IMG/VR virus record: IMGVR_UViG_3300032323_002909
Location: 64,001-128,000 of that record
Reading direction: 5' to 3' (one strand)
From: a virus
DNA length: 64,000 nt
Numbering within the stretch: position 1 is the first letter of the stretch; every line of letters begins with the position of its first letter. A program made the position numbers and the translations under genes. Positions 26,554 through 35,330 of the stretch are shown in pieces. Below the pieces are notes generated by a model, which made no database searches, was not told where the DNA came from, and worked only from the letters and a program-made list of their open reading frames with translations.

Positions 26554-29082
26554 ATGTCTTATAGAAATTGTGTGTATAACAACCGTGAACAAAAGATTTT
26601 TTTATGGACTTGGAATGATAATGGTGAGAGGGTTAAAGAGGAATGGGATTTCAAGCCATACATTCTACTAGAAGATAAAAATGGTGATGAAAAATCTATT
26701 TACGGCACCAAATTAAAGAAAAAAGAATTCAATAGTGGGTATGATCGTAATCAATTTATAAAAGATAGTAATATCAAAAGAATTTACGAGAACCTACCAC
26801 CTTACCAACAATTCTTAATTGACAATTATTGGTTTGTGTGCGAAAACGACGAATTTTCACAACATCCATTAAAAGTTGCTTATTTAGACTTGGAAAACCC
26901 GAAGGCAGATGGGTTCCCTGATCCTGTATTGGCAGATTCGGTTATCAACTTGATAACTTGCTACGATTCCTTCAGCAAAATATATCATGTATTCGGTTTG
27001 AAAAATTTCCATACGACGAGAGATGATGTGAAATATTATTGGTGTAAATCCGAACACGATTTGTTGAAATCTTTTATTAAATTCTTTAGAAAAGAAGAGT
27101 TTGATGTCATCACATCATGGAACGGTGCAGCATACGATATACCCACGTTAGTGAATCGTGTTACGTTTGAATTGGGTAAAGAATGGGCTGATAAATTATC
27201 CCCAATTGGAAGGATTTATGAGAAGACTAATCCCACTGGTAAATTTGGTATGCCCACCAAAGAATATGTCATCGAGGGTATTTCATCATTGGACTACTAT
27301 GTGATATATCAAAAATTTAATTTGGAAAAACAAGAGTCATATAAACTCGATCATATCGGAGAGGTAGAACTCGGCATTAACAAAATCCAACACGAAGGTA
27401 ATTTGTGGGAACTTTCCAAAAACGATTGGTATACTTACACCAACTACAACATACGAGATGTTGAAATTTTGGTAAAACTAGAAGAGAAAAAGGGTTATAT
27501 TTCACTATTGCGTTTCCTCGCATACACAGGATTGTGTGATTTGGAAAATGCTATCAAGACTGTCCCTCCTATGAATGGAGCTATCGCCATACGTGCGCGT
27601 ATGCGTGGAGAGTATATTCCCACTTTCATACGTCCAGTCACTGACTACAAAGCACCAGGTGGATACGTAGCAGATCCACGTATTGGATTTGCTGAAGATA
27701 TTGTATCATTCGATGCCAATTCGCTATACCCATCTGTAATGATATCTTTGAATTTATCACCAGAGACTAAAATAGGTAGGGTTGAAAAAATTAATGATAT
27801 CATCAAAATCCATCATGTATCGGGTCGAATTTTTGAGATGTCTTCGGATAATTTTAAGAAATATATCACCGAAGAAAAAGCATCATTGACAAAAGCTGGT
27901 TTCTTATTCTCGCAGAAAAAAGTTGGATTGGTTCCCGAATTCTTGGACAACCTTTACACCAAACGTAAAGAAATGAAGGGTAAAATGTTGGATTGTAGAA
28001 AAAAAGGCGATAAAGAGGGCGAACAAAAATTCGATACTATCCAGTATGCCTATAAAATTCACCTTAATTCTTTATATGGTTACATGTTAAACAAATATGC
28101 CCCCATGGGTGATGAAGACATAGGAACATCTGTTACTCTAACTGGTCAAGCTGTAATCAAAAAGAGTAATGAATTATTTTTGGATTACATGACACAGAGA
28201 CTCAACACTACTGTCGATATTGAAAAATCATTGATATACAACGATACTGACGCATTATATGTCTCGTTGAGCATGTTGAAAGCTAAAGGTTTGGTGTTGA
28301 AAGATGGTGATAAGGTATCGACAGAATTTTACAAAGAGTGTCAGGATATTGAAAATCACATCAATAGCGGTATTAACAAATGGGCTATCAAGAGTTTGAG
28401 AAGTAATGACCCTAGATTTGTATTCAAACGTGAATCCATTTGTGACCGTGGTATCTTCATTGGTAAGAAATATTATGTCCTACACACTCTCGACGAAGAA
28501 GGTGTCGTTACTGATAAATTCAAATATAAAGGCGTTGATGTTGTTAAAACTACTATGCCTAAAAAGGTCAAACCATATGTCAAGAAAGTCATTGAGCATA
28601 TGATCCTATCAAAATCGTTGAAAGAAACCAACGATATTTTCAATGAAGCATACGAAGCATTTAAAAATTTATCAATTGAGGAAATATCCAAAATATCTGG
28701 CATGAATAATTATGCAGAATATTCTGCAAGATGTAATGGTATGACAACCTGTAAAGGTATGCCATCTCATTTAAAAGCCGCATATTATCATGATTTAATT
28801 TTAGACCAAGTTGGATTGGTATCGAAATATGATAAATTTAAAACTGGTGATAAGGTTCGAATCGTATACGTGAAAAAACCCAATCGTTATGATATTGATA
28901 TGATAGGATTCAAAGACCGATGGATACCAGAATATGATAATATTTTCAAGGTGGATTATGAAAAAATGTTTGGTAAAATATTCTATGCTGCCATCGAAAG
29001 ATTTTATAATGCCGTAAGGTGGACATTACGAAAACCAACTGAAAACTTAGTCGTTGAAATTGAGGATATTTTTGGAGAATAA
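26554..29082 (+). CDS. 43: family B DNA polymerase gp43
   Basis: Exonuclease motifs YLDLE, WNG..YD, YNIRD; polymerase motifs DANSLYP, KIHLNSLYG, YNDTD, KKYY. Confidence 0.97.
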   Translation: MSYRNCVYNNREQKIFLWTWNDNGERVKEEWDFKPYILLEDKNGDEKSIYGTKLKKKEFNSGYDRNQFIKDSNIKRIYENLPPYQQFLIDNYWFVCENDEFSQHPLKVAYLDLENPKADGFPDPVLADSVINLITCYDSFSKIYHVFGLKNFHTTRDDVKYYWCKSEHDLLKSFIKFFRKEEFDVITSWNGAAYDIPTLVNRVTFELGKEWADKLSPIGRIYEKTNPTGKFGMPTKEYVIEGISSLDYYVIYQKFNLEKQESYKLDHIGEVELGINKIQHEGNLWELSKNDWYTYTNYNIRDVEILVKLEEKKGYISLLRFLAYTGLCDLENAIKTVPPMNGAIAIRARMRGEYIPTFIRPVTDYKAPGGYVADPRIGFAEDIVSFDANSLYPSVMISLNLSPETKIGRVEKINDIIKIHHVSGRIFEMSSDNFKKYITEEKASLTKAGFLFSQKKVGLVPEFLDNLYTKRKEMKGKMLDCRKKGDKEGEQKFDTIQYAYKIHLNSLYGYMLNKYAPMGDEDIGTSVTLTGQAVIKKSNELFLDYMTQRLNTTVDIEKSLIYNDTDALYVSLSMLKAKGLVLKDGDKVSTEFYKECQDIENHINSGINKWAIKSLRSNDPRFVFKRESICDRGIFIGKKYYVLHTLDEEGVVTDKFKYKGVDVVKTTMPKKVKPYVKKVIEHMILSKSLKETNDIFNEAYEAFKNLSIEEISKISGMNNYAEYSARCNGMTTCKGMPSHLKAAYYHDLILDQVGLVSKYDKFKTGDKVRIVYVKKPNRYDIDMIGFKDRWIPEYDNIFKVDYEKMFGKIFYAAIERFYNAVRWTLRKPTENLVVEIEDIFGE

Positions 29083-29104
29083 TAAAACTGTGATAAATAG
29101 TTGT

Positions 29105-29470
29105 ATGGAATTTACAAATTTATTTGAAAAACTTATGACAAAACTTACGGATACTATGTTCCCTACTTTTGTCAAAAAAAGAGCAGAGGGTGCTAAAAAA
29201 ATAGAAGATACCGCTAGAAGTAAAGGGATGTATGCTATCCTCACAGCATATCATTTTGCAGGTAAAGTCAAACCTTATGCCGATGCTTTGAAGAAAGCTG
29301 CTAATGAAGATAAAGAATCTCACTTTAAAGAAAAGTATAAGGAAGCTTATGACAAACTTAAAGATTTAGATTCTCTTTCGCAAAAAGATTTTCAAATGAT
29401 TACAGGAACTTTGGAAGCATATGGTGAAGTCTACATTCAAGTAAAGAAACCGAAAGATTATTCAAAATAA
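29105..29470 (+). CDS. hypothetical late protein
   Basis: TAAATA 5 nt upstream of the MEFTNLFE start. Confidence 0.65.
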   Translation: MEFTNLFEKLMTKLTDTMFPTFVKKRAEGAKKIEDTARSKGMYAILTAYHFAGKVKPYADALKKAANEDKESHFKEKYKEAYDKLKDLDSLSQKDFQMITGTLEAYGEVYIQVKKPKDYSK

Positions 29471-29505
29471 TTCTTGCTTTGTATTTGAAACATGATAAAT
29501 ACTCT

Positions 29506-29527
29506 TGTCAGGCACAACACCCTGACA
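29506..29527 (+). promoter_or_regulatory. 5' UTR hairpin
   Basis: TGTCAGG-CACAACAC-CCTGACA between a TAAATA element and the ATG at 29541. Confidence 0.55.
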
Positions 29528-29540
29528 TTACACAAACACA

Positions 29541-29777
29541 ATGAACAACAAAAATGCATACGAGATAAGGCTCGATATATTGAGCATAGCACATGGTGAT
29601 CTAATGACAGTTTTTCAAGAAAAGCTGCATAACGCCAAAAAGAGAATGGTCGGTGATCAAGACGATTGTTGGGTAGAGGATAAAATTGATGACAAGGTTA
29701 TCGGTGATTTGCTTCCAACTTCAGCAGAAATTATTAAACGCGCTAAAGAATTATACGCATTTGTGGAAAATGCATAA
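29541..29777 (+). CDS. small hypothetical protein of a type common in T4-like phages
   Basis: NAYEIRLDIL...PTSAEIIKRAKELYAFV pattern. Confidence 0.75.
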   Translation: MNNKNAYEIRLDILSIAHGDLMTVFQEKLHNAKKRMVGDQDDCWVEDKIDDKVIGDLLPTSAEIIKRAKELYAFVENA

Positions 29778-29862
29778 AGATGGCTGATAGGTCGCTCCTA
29801 TCTGATCTGGAATACGCAGGAGGAAGTCCAGTGAGAATGTATATAAACCCTGCACAATTTTT

Positions 29863-30078
29863 ATGATTTTGCAACTAAATCCCGCCATACCTATGGATAC
29901 CCCCAAAGGTAAAGGATATGCTCATTTTCTTATAGATTATTCACAAGAACATGATTTATTTTGGGTTGTTTTCATAAATGACACAAAAGAATGCTGGACT
30001 TTTAAAAATTCTGTGATAAAAATAGAGAACAACGCGACATTGACAAATAATTATGACAATACAAGAGGCATACAATAA
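29863..30078 (+). CDS. hypothetical phage protein
   Basis: QLNP.IP..TPKG.G.A..IDY..EHDL.WVV pattern. Confidence 0.7.
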   Translation: MILQLNPAIPMDTPKGKGYAHFLIDYSQEHDLFWVVFINDTKECWTFKNSVIKIENNATLTNNYDNTRGIQ

Positions 30079-30304
30079 AGGTTTGAACGATGCGGAAAAT
30101 AATGTTATTAATAACTTTATCAATATTTTAAATGATAAAGAATTTGATATTGCTTTTCCTAATCCTAAATTGGAAATCGTTCGAAAAGTAATTAAGGAGA
30201 GATCCGATTATTACTTTAAGATGGCTGAAGGATCTCATGGCATAGCCAGAGGTTTTCAGAAAAAAATAGAAACCCACAAATTAGAGCTTGAAAAAGCCAA
30301 ATAA
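30053..30304 (+). CDS. hypothetical protein
   Basis: ORF overlapping the previous gene in the plus-strand run. Confidence 0.6.
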   Translation: MTIQEAYNKGLNDAENNVINNFINILNDKEFDIAFPNPKLEIVRKVIKERSDYYFKMAEGSHGIARGFQKKIETHKLELEKAK

Positions 30305-30329
30305 TATACTAAATTGAGATATAACAAAT

Positions 30330-30671
30330 ATGAAAAGTACATACGTAGCATTAATTGATCAGGTTGGACGGAATATCATCGGCACACTTGTTTCGCAAAC
30401 GGAAACAAGTATCACCCTATATAATCCAGTAATTCTTTACACCCAACCGACACAGAACAAACAACTTCAAGTTCAGAGTTTTCCAGTATTCTTTTTTGAA
30501 TTCATTTCGAAAGAGCATCGCGATCAAAACAATTGGACTTATCCTAAATCCTCTGTGGTGATTAGTGATGTGGTACTGGATGATAACATTATCAAACAAT
30601 ACCTCACTATTAACACCCCATCAATGCCTGAGCCTGAAAAAGGTAAAATCGTGAGTATCGAAGATCTATAA
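30330..30671 (+). CDS. hypothetical protein, possibly Sm-like beta fold
   Basis: GRNIIG...LYNPV beta-rich pattern, directly upstream of uvsX. Confidence 0.55.
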   Translation: MKSTYVALIDQVGRNIIGTLVSQTETSITLYNPVILYTQPTQNKQLQVQSFPVFFFEFISKEHRDQNNWTYPKSSVVISDVVLDDNIIKQYLTINTPSMPEPEKGKIVSIEDL

Positions 30672-30672
30672 T

Positions 30673-31779
30673 ATGGATAAAGAAATTGCATCAATTTTGG
30701 ACAGCTTAAATGATGTTGTCCCATATTCAGCCTACCTTTCAGAATCAACCCTTTCATCTGTAGATGATTGGATTGATACTGGAAGCATGGTTTTGAATGC
30801 GCTTATTTCTGGTTCATTGTATGGTGGCGTTCCAAAAGGTCGCATCACCCAATTTGCAGGTCCTTCTCAGAGTTTTAAATCTGGTATTGTCCTTAACATC
30901 TTGGCAAATGCTCAGAAAAAAGGCATGATTCCAGTGATTTTTGATACCGAAGGCGCAATTGACCCTGAATCAGCTGCAAAATTCGGTTTAGATATTGCTA
31001 AAGTAAAATATGTAGGTTGTGAATCGGTTGAACAAACTCGAAACGCCATCTACAAATTTCTTAAAAATGTTCGAGATAAGAAACAATTTGGTAAGTTTAT
31101 TATCGCAATTGATTCCTTGGCGAATTTGAATTCTGAAATGGAATTAACACGCATGGACAAAGATTCTATGTCTGCTGATATGGGAACATTTGCCAAGTCT
31201 GTAAAGAGTCTTTTGAAGACATGCACAAACATGTCTACTTTGACTAAAACTCCTATCATTATTACAAATCATGTTTATGATGATCCTAGTGCAATGTATC
31301 CATCTTTAGAGAAGAATATGCCAGGCGGTAAAGCGGCGGTTTATCTTCCTTCTGTGACAGTTCAACTGGCTCGTAAACTTGTTAAAGATGGTGAATTGAA
31401 ACAGGTTAATGATAAGCTTTCGGCATCACAAAAGAATTATTCTGGTGTTGTCATTAGAATGCTTACTGTTAAAAATAGATTCGTTAAACAATACCTTGAA
31501 GGTGAAATGTATTTATCTTTCAGTAAAGGTTTGAATAAATATTATGGATTGGTTGACATTATGAAAGGTATGGGAGTTATTACCAACTCTGGTTCAGCTT
31601 ATTCTGATTGGGAGGGTAATAAACTTGGATATCTTAAGGTTTGGTCGAAAGACATTGACTTATGGGAAAACAAATTGCTCCCAGAACTCGAAAAACGTGT
31701 TAAAATTCACTGGGCATATGGTTCATCTCCCGATGAAGACGATTTGACTTCTCTGGAAGATGATGATGGTGAAGAATAA
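30673..31779 (+). CDS. uvsX: RecA-like recombinase UvsX
   Basis: IDTGS..LN..SGS..GG.P, GPSQSFKS, FDTE, IDSL, NHVY, GG, KNRF. Confidence 0.95.
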   Translation: MDKEIASILDSLNDVVPYSAYLSESTLSSVDDWIDTGSMVLNALISGSLYGGVPKGRITQFAGPSQSFKSGIVLNILANAQKKGMIPVIFDTEGAIDPESAAKFGLDIAKVKYVGCESVEQTRNAIYKFLKNVRDKKQFGKFIIAIDSLANLNSEMELTRMDKDSMSADMGTFAKSVKSLLKTCTNMSTLTKTPIIITNHVYDDPSAMYPSLEKNMPGGKAAVYLPSVTVQLARKLVKDGELKQVNDKLSASQKNYSGVVIRMLTVKNRFVKQYLEGEMYLSFSKGLNKYYGLVDIMKGMGVITNSGSAYSDWEGNKLGYLKVWSKDIDLWENKLLPELEKRVKIHWAYGSSPDEDDLTSLEDDDGEE

Positions 31780-32562
31780 ATGAAAGTCCGCGAAGGAATA
31801 CATTTGTTTAATGGTGATTGCTTGGAAGTTCTAAAAAAGCTTCCAAGCGATTCTATTGATTTGATTTTGGCAGATCCCCCATATGAACAAAATATTCGTC
31901 TTAAATGGGATAAAATGATCGACTTTGAAACTCTTTGGGTCGAGCTTGGTAGAATAGCTAAAGACAAAAGCCCAATAGTTTTAATGGGTAATCAACCATT
32001 CACCACCGATCTTATAAATTCAAAAAGAGATTGGTTTAGATACGAATGGGTATGGGATAAACACATACCTCGTGGTATGCATCAAGCCAAGTCTCAACCA
32101 ATGCGAAAACACGAAAACATTATAGTGTTTTCTAAAAATTATCCTACCAATTATTATCCAATAATGGAGGAGCGTGATAAACCCATCAGAAGAAAAAATT
32201 ATAATAAAAATTCTAAAGGTATCGATGGGCATTACAAAGAAGATCAGACCGATAAATGGTTTGAATATACTCACAAGAACCCGAATACTATCATATCAGG
32301 TTGTTGGGAAAAAAATAAAGGTAAAGTTCATCCTACACAAAAACCCGTGTCATTGATGGAATATCTAATCAAAACTTATACAAAAGAAAATGATTTGGTA
32401 TTAGATTTTTGTTTTGGGTCTAACTCATGTGGGGTAGCTGCTTTGAATACCAATAGAAAATATATTGGTATCGAAAGAGACAAAGATTATTTTGAGCAGG
32501 GTAAAACCCGAATGATCAATCATTTATCATCAACCAATGATGATAATTTTTCGGTTTCTTAA
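31780..32562 (+). CDS. orphan N4-C/N6-A DNA methyltransferase (beta class)
   Basis: GDCL, ADPPY, HPTQKP, VLDFCFGS. Confidence 0.92.
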   Translation: MKVREGIHLFNGDCLEVLKKLPSDSIDLILADPPYEQNIRLKWDKMIDFETLWVELGRIAKDKSPIVLMGNQPFTTDLINSKRDWFRYEWVWDKHIPRGMHQAKSQPMRKHENIIVFSKNYPTNYYPIMEERDKPIRRKNYNKNSKGIDGHYKEDQTDKWFEYTHKNPNTIISGCWEKNKGKVHPTQKPVSLMEYLIKTYTKENDLVLDFCFGSNSCGVAALNTNRKYIGIERDKDYFEQGKTRMINHLSSTNDDNFSVS

Positions 32563-34534
32563 ATCCACGCTCTTTGAATTCTCCGACAGTGTTGGTGAAT
32601 CTATCTTTTTTGACTTGTTCAGTGAAATAATCCATCACTGAACTCTCGTTCAAACCTTTTTGTTTGAGAGCAGAAATTCTTTCGCTGAGTCTGTCCATTT
32701 CATCCAAATCTGGATCATCTGACATCATTATTTCCGATAATCTATCTTCTAATTCGGAAATAGACTCGGATGGTTCATCTTCGTCAGCGATGTCTTCTTC
32801 CGTGTCTACCGCATCATCTTCGACATCTGCAATATCATCTTCAATATCCATTGTGTCATCTTCGACATCTACAATATCATCTTCGGTATCGAAGTCATCA
32901 TCTTCTGTTGGTTCTTCGGCAACTGAAGATGCTTCTTTTTTGAGGTCTTTTATTTCTTTTTCGATTCTTTCTATTTCATCGAAATCTGTATCATCATCCA
33001 ATAACAAATCTTGTAGACGAGATTCTAGCTCATCAATTTTTGCTTGGGTTTCTGCGCTAATACCAGCTTTTGCTACAGGTTTGGTAGTTTTTCGAGTGGA
33101 TGGATCTGACTTATTAGCTTCTTTTGATTTTCTCATTTGTTCTCTAATAGTCTTTTCTTTTTTCCATATTTTATACCAATTATCAAAAGTTTTTATTTTT
33201 TCTGGTGTATCTAATACTTTTTTCACAGTAGCCGTGTCAAATTCTTCATATTCATCAAAATCAGAATCTGCTACGGTGTCGAATTCAGGTTGTTTGGCTA
33301 ATTTCAACATATATTTACCAAGCATTTCTATTTCATTGGAATCATAAGAACTCAACATTTCCATGAAATCTTTTTTAGTAATCGAATCGTCTTCGATAAA
33401 ATTGGAAAAATCGCCCAATAGTTTATCCGAAATCATTTTATGGGTTGCGATTGCCTTATCTGTATCATTATTTGCCTTGCCACTTCTTCTGATTTTTAAA
33501 AAATAATCCACAACATTTCTCAATCCTTCAAGCGGAAAATTATCGGTTGAAGTTGTCGTTTCAGTTGTTTTATTTTTAATATTATCTTTTTGTATTTGTT
33601 TTATTTTACGGATTAATGGTGACGCTGCCGCATAAATTCGATCTTTATCAAATCTGTTTATACCAAAAATTTCTTGAACACGTTTATCAGCAGCTACTGC
33701 AAAAGCAGATGTTTTAGGAACTCTTCTACCATAACTCATTGTTGGGGATTCCGTTTCCGCTTTGTCGTCATTTGCGATATCTTTGTTCACTCGAACACGC
33801 GCTCTCAAATCATTTATATCCAAATAATCTATACCATCCTCACTCAAAAAGCCTCTTGGATTATCTTTAATATATTTCTCATCTTCAGGTGATAGACTTG
33901 TTCTGTTTTTCAAGAACAGTTGTGTGCGTTTCTTAGCCAATTCTCTATCATTTAAATTTTCTTGTTTCTTAGATTTGTCGAGCATGTATTCGATGTCATC
34001 TGGAGAATCGACATCATCTGGTATTGAGTCTAAAATAGTATTACCAGTTTTACGTTTTTTTGCTGCCGATGGAGCATCCAAATATTCAATAATATTGTTG
34101 ACATTAAGTAATTGTTTTTTAATATCTTGTGATAATATTTTTTTGATATTATCTTTAACTACGGTAAAAAGACCATATTCTGCTTGTTTTTGAGAAGATG
34201 GGGAATTAGATCCTGTGCTCGTTAACCAATTTAAAAATTCGTCGGTATAAATTCTAGTTCCAGCCACTTTTTTTACAACAGTGGGTATATAATCCCAAAT
34301 ATATTTCTGATCATAATCTAGTATGTCTAATAAAGTGGTTAGTAGATAATCAATCGTCTTTGCTCGCAAATGTCCTGCTGAAGTGACCTTACCTTCAGTT
34401 TTGATTATTTCTTTTACAGGATTGTAAATTTCATCATTGAAATTTTGTAATTTTAATTTACTCCAGACATTCGCCCTATCTTCATTGATAAGTTGAACTC
34501 TCTCGGTTAAATAATCCAGATCATAAATTCTCAT
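32516..34534 (-). CDS. large late protein with acidic repeat C-terminus, putative internal head or scaffold-like protein
   Basis: TAAATA 5 nt upstream; YLTE/LINE motifs; D/E-rich heptads. Confidence 0.7.
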   Translation of the reverse strand: MRIYDLDYLTERVQLINEDRANVWSKLKLQNFNDEIYNPVKEIIKTEGKVTSAGHLRAKTIDYLLTTLLDILDYDQKYIWDYIPTVVKKVAGTRIYTDEFLNWLTSTGSNSPSSQKQAEYGLFTVVKDNIKKILSQDIKKQLLNVNNIIEYLDAPSAAKKRKTGNTILDSIPDDVDSPDDIEYMLDKSKKQENLNDRELAKKRTQLFLKNRTSLSPEDEKYIKDNPRGFLSEDGIDYLDINDLRARVRVNKDIANDDKAETESPTMSYGRRVPKTSAFAVAADKRVQEIFGINRFDKDRIYAAASPLIRKIKQIQKDNIKNKTTETTTSTDNFPLEGLRNVVDYFLKIRRSGKANNDTDKAIATHKMISDKLLGDFSNFIEDDSITKKDFMEMLSSYDSNEIEMLGKYMLKLAKQPEFDTVADSDFDEYEEFDTATVKKVLDTPEKIKTFDNWYKIWKKEKTIREQMRKSKEANKSDPSTRKTTKPVAKAGISAETQAKIDELESRLQDLLLDDDTDFDEIERIEKEIKDLKKEASSVAEEPTEDDDFDTEDDIVDVEDDTMDIEDDIADVEDDAVDTEEDIADEDEPSESISELEDRLSEIMMSDDPDLDEMDRLSERISALKQKGLNESSVMDYFTEQVKKDRFTNTVGEFKERGFKKPKNYHHWLMIND
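32778..32904 (-). repeat. 21-bp tandem repeat, about 6 copies, encoding DD[I/T/A]xDxE
   Basis: DDDFDTE DDIVDVE DDTMDIE DDIADVE DDAVDTE EDIADED. Confidence 0.8.
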
Positions 34535-34580
34535 ATTCTTATTTAACGCATTTATAATATTTTCAGTTAAATAAATTAGT

Positions 34581-35300
34581 ATGATTTCGTTCGCAAAACA
34601 CTATTTGATCAAAGAAGCTTTTGATACTGTGACAGAATTTTTATTGAATCCTGAACACTCGGATAAAGAGTATGATGAACTAGTCGCGGAGTTTGAAGCT
34701 TCTGGTGGTGAAGTTTTGGGTTCTGGATCATTTGGTATTGTATATTCACACCCAAGTTGGCCCTATGTGCTCAAAGTGTTTAGTTGGGATGACCCATATC
34801 TAAAATTTGCAAGATACGCATACGACAACCCACATCCATCTTTTCCAAAATTTTATGGTAAACCACAACGTGTTGTCCCTAATTATACGAGATATAAAGA
34901 TGAAGCAAAGCAATATCTGGCAAGGATTGAACGTTTGGAACCAACTTCAGAAAATGTTTTGAATAAAATAAATGTGGAACTTATGTTATACTTTCATCTA
35001 AGGGACAATCCAGAATTGATAAAAAATCGAGTAGATTTTATGAAATTGTCTAGCAGAGTCAAAGCATTACCCAAAGAAATTTATAATCTATTAGATGGAT
35101 TATATTTGATACGTAGAGATCTCCCCACATTGAACCCTGATTTACATGAAGATAATGTTATGATGCGAGATGATGGTCAATATGTGTGGATCGATCCTGT
35201 TTGGACTGGCGATGAAGCTAGTGAAAACCCACTGACCGCTGCTATGACATCTAAGGACTACGCTCCCGAAAACATGTTACGTGGTGGAAGAACATCTTGA
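34581..35300 (+). CDS. Ser/Thr protein kinase-like enzyme
   Basis: LGSGSFGIVY Gly loop, VLKV, DLHEDNVM catalytic loop, WIDP. Confidence 0.85.
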   Translation: MISFAKHYLIKEAFDTVTEFLLNPEHSDKEYDELVAEFEASGGEVLGSGSFGIVYSHPSWPYVLKVFSWDDPYLKFARYAYDNPHPSFPKFYGKPQRVVPNYTRYKDEAKQYLARIERLEPTSENVLNKINVELMLYFHLRDNPELIKNRVDFMKLSSRVKALPKEIYNLLDGLYLIRRDLPTLNPDLHEDNVMMRDDGQYVWIDPVWTGDEASENPLTAAMTSKDYAPENMLRGGRTS

Positions 35301-35324
35301 CAAATCAATACAGTGTGTTAAATT
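35297..35324 (+). promoter_or_regulatory. sigma70-type promoter
   Basis: TTGACA-N16-TAAATT, 6 nt before the ATG at 35331. Confidence 0.7.
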
Positions 35325-35330
35325 TAGCAC

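Noticed and set aside
29784-29830. Hammerhead ribozyme or SAM-II riboswitch
   Set aside because: CTGATAG is not followed by a correctly placed GAAA core, and the SAM-II pairing order does not match; kept only as an unassigned structure
32664-33347. 227-aa Ser-rich plus-strand ORF and similar antisense ORFs (e.g. 17450-17905, 23272-23799, 48391-48912, 62442-63473)
   Set aside because: These are shadows of real genes on the opposite strand (GAT/GAA codons read as Ser/Ile/Phe), with no motifs or promoters
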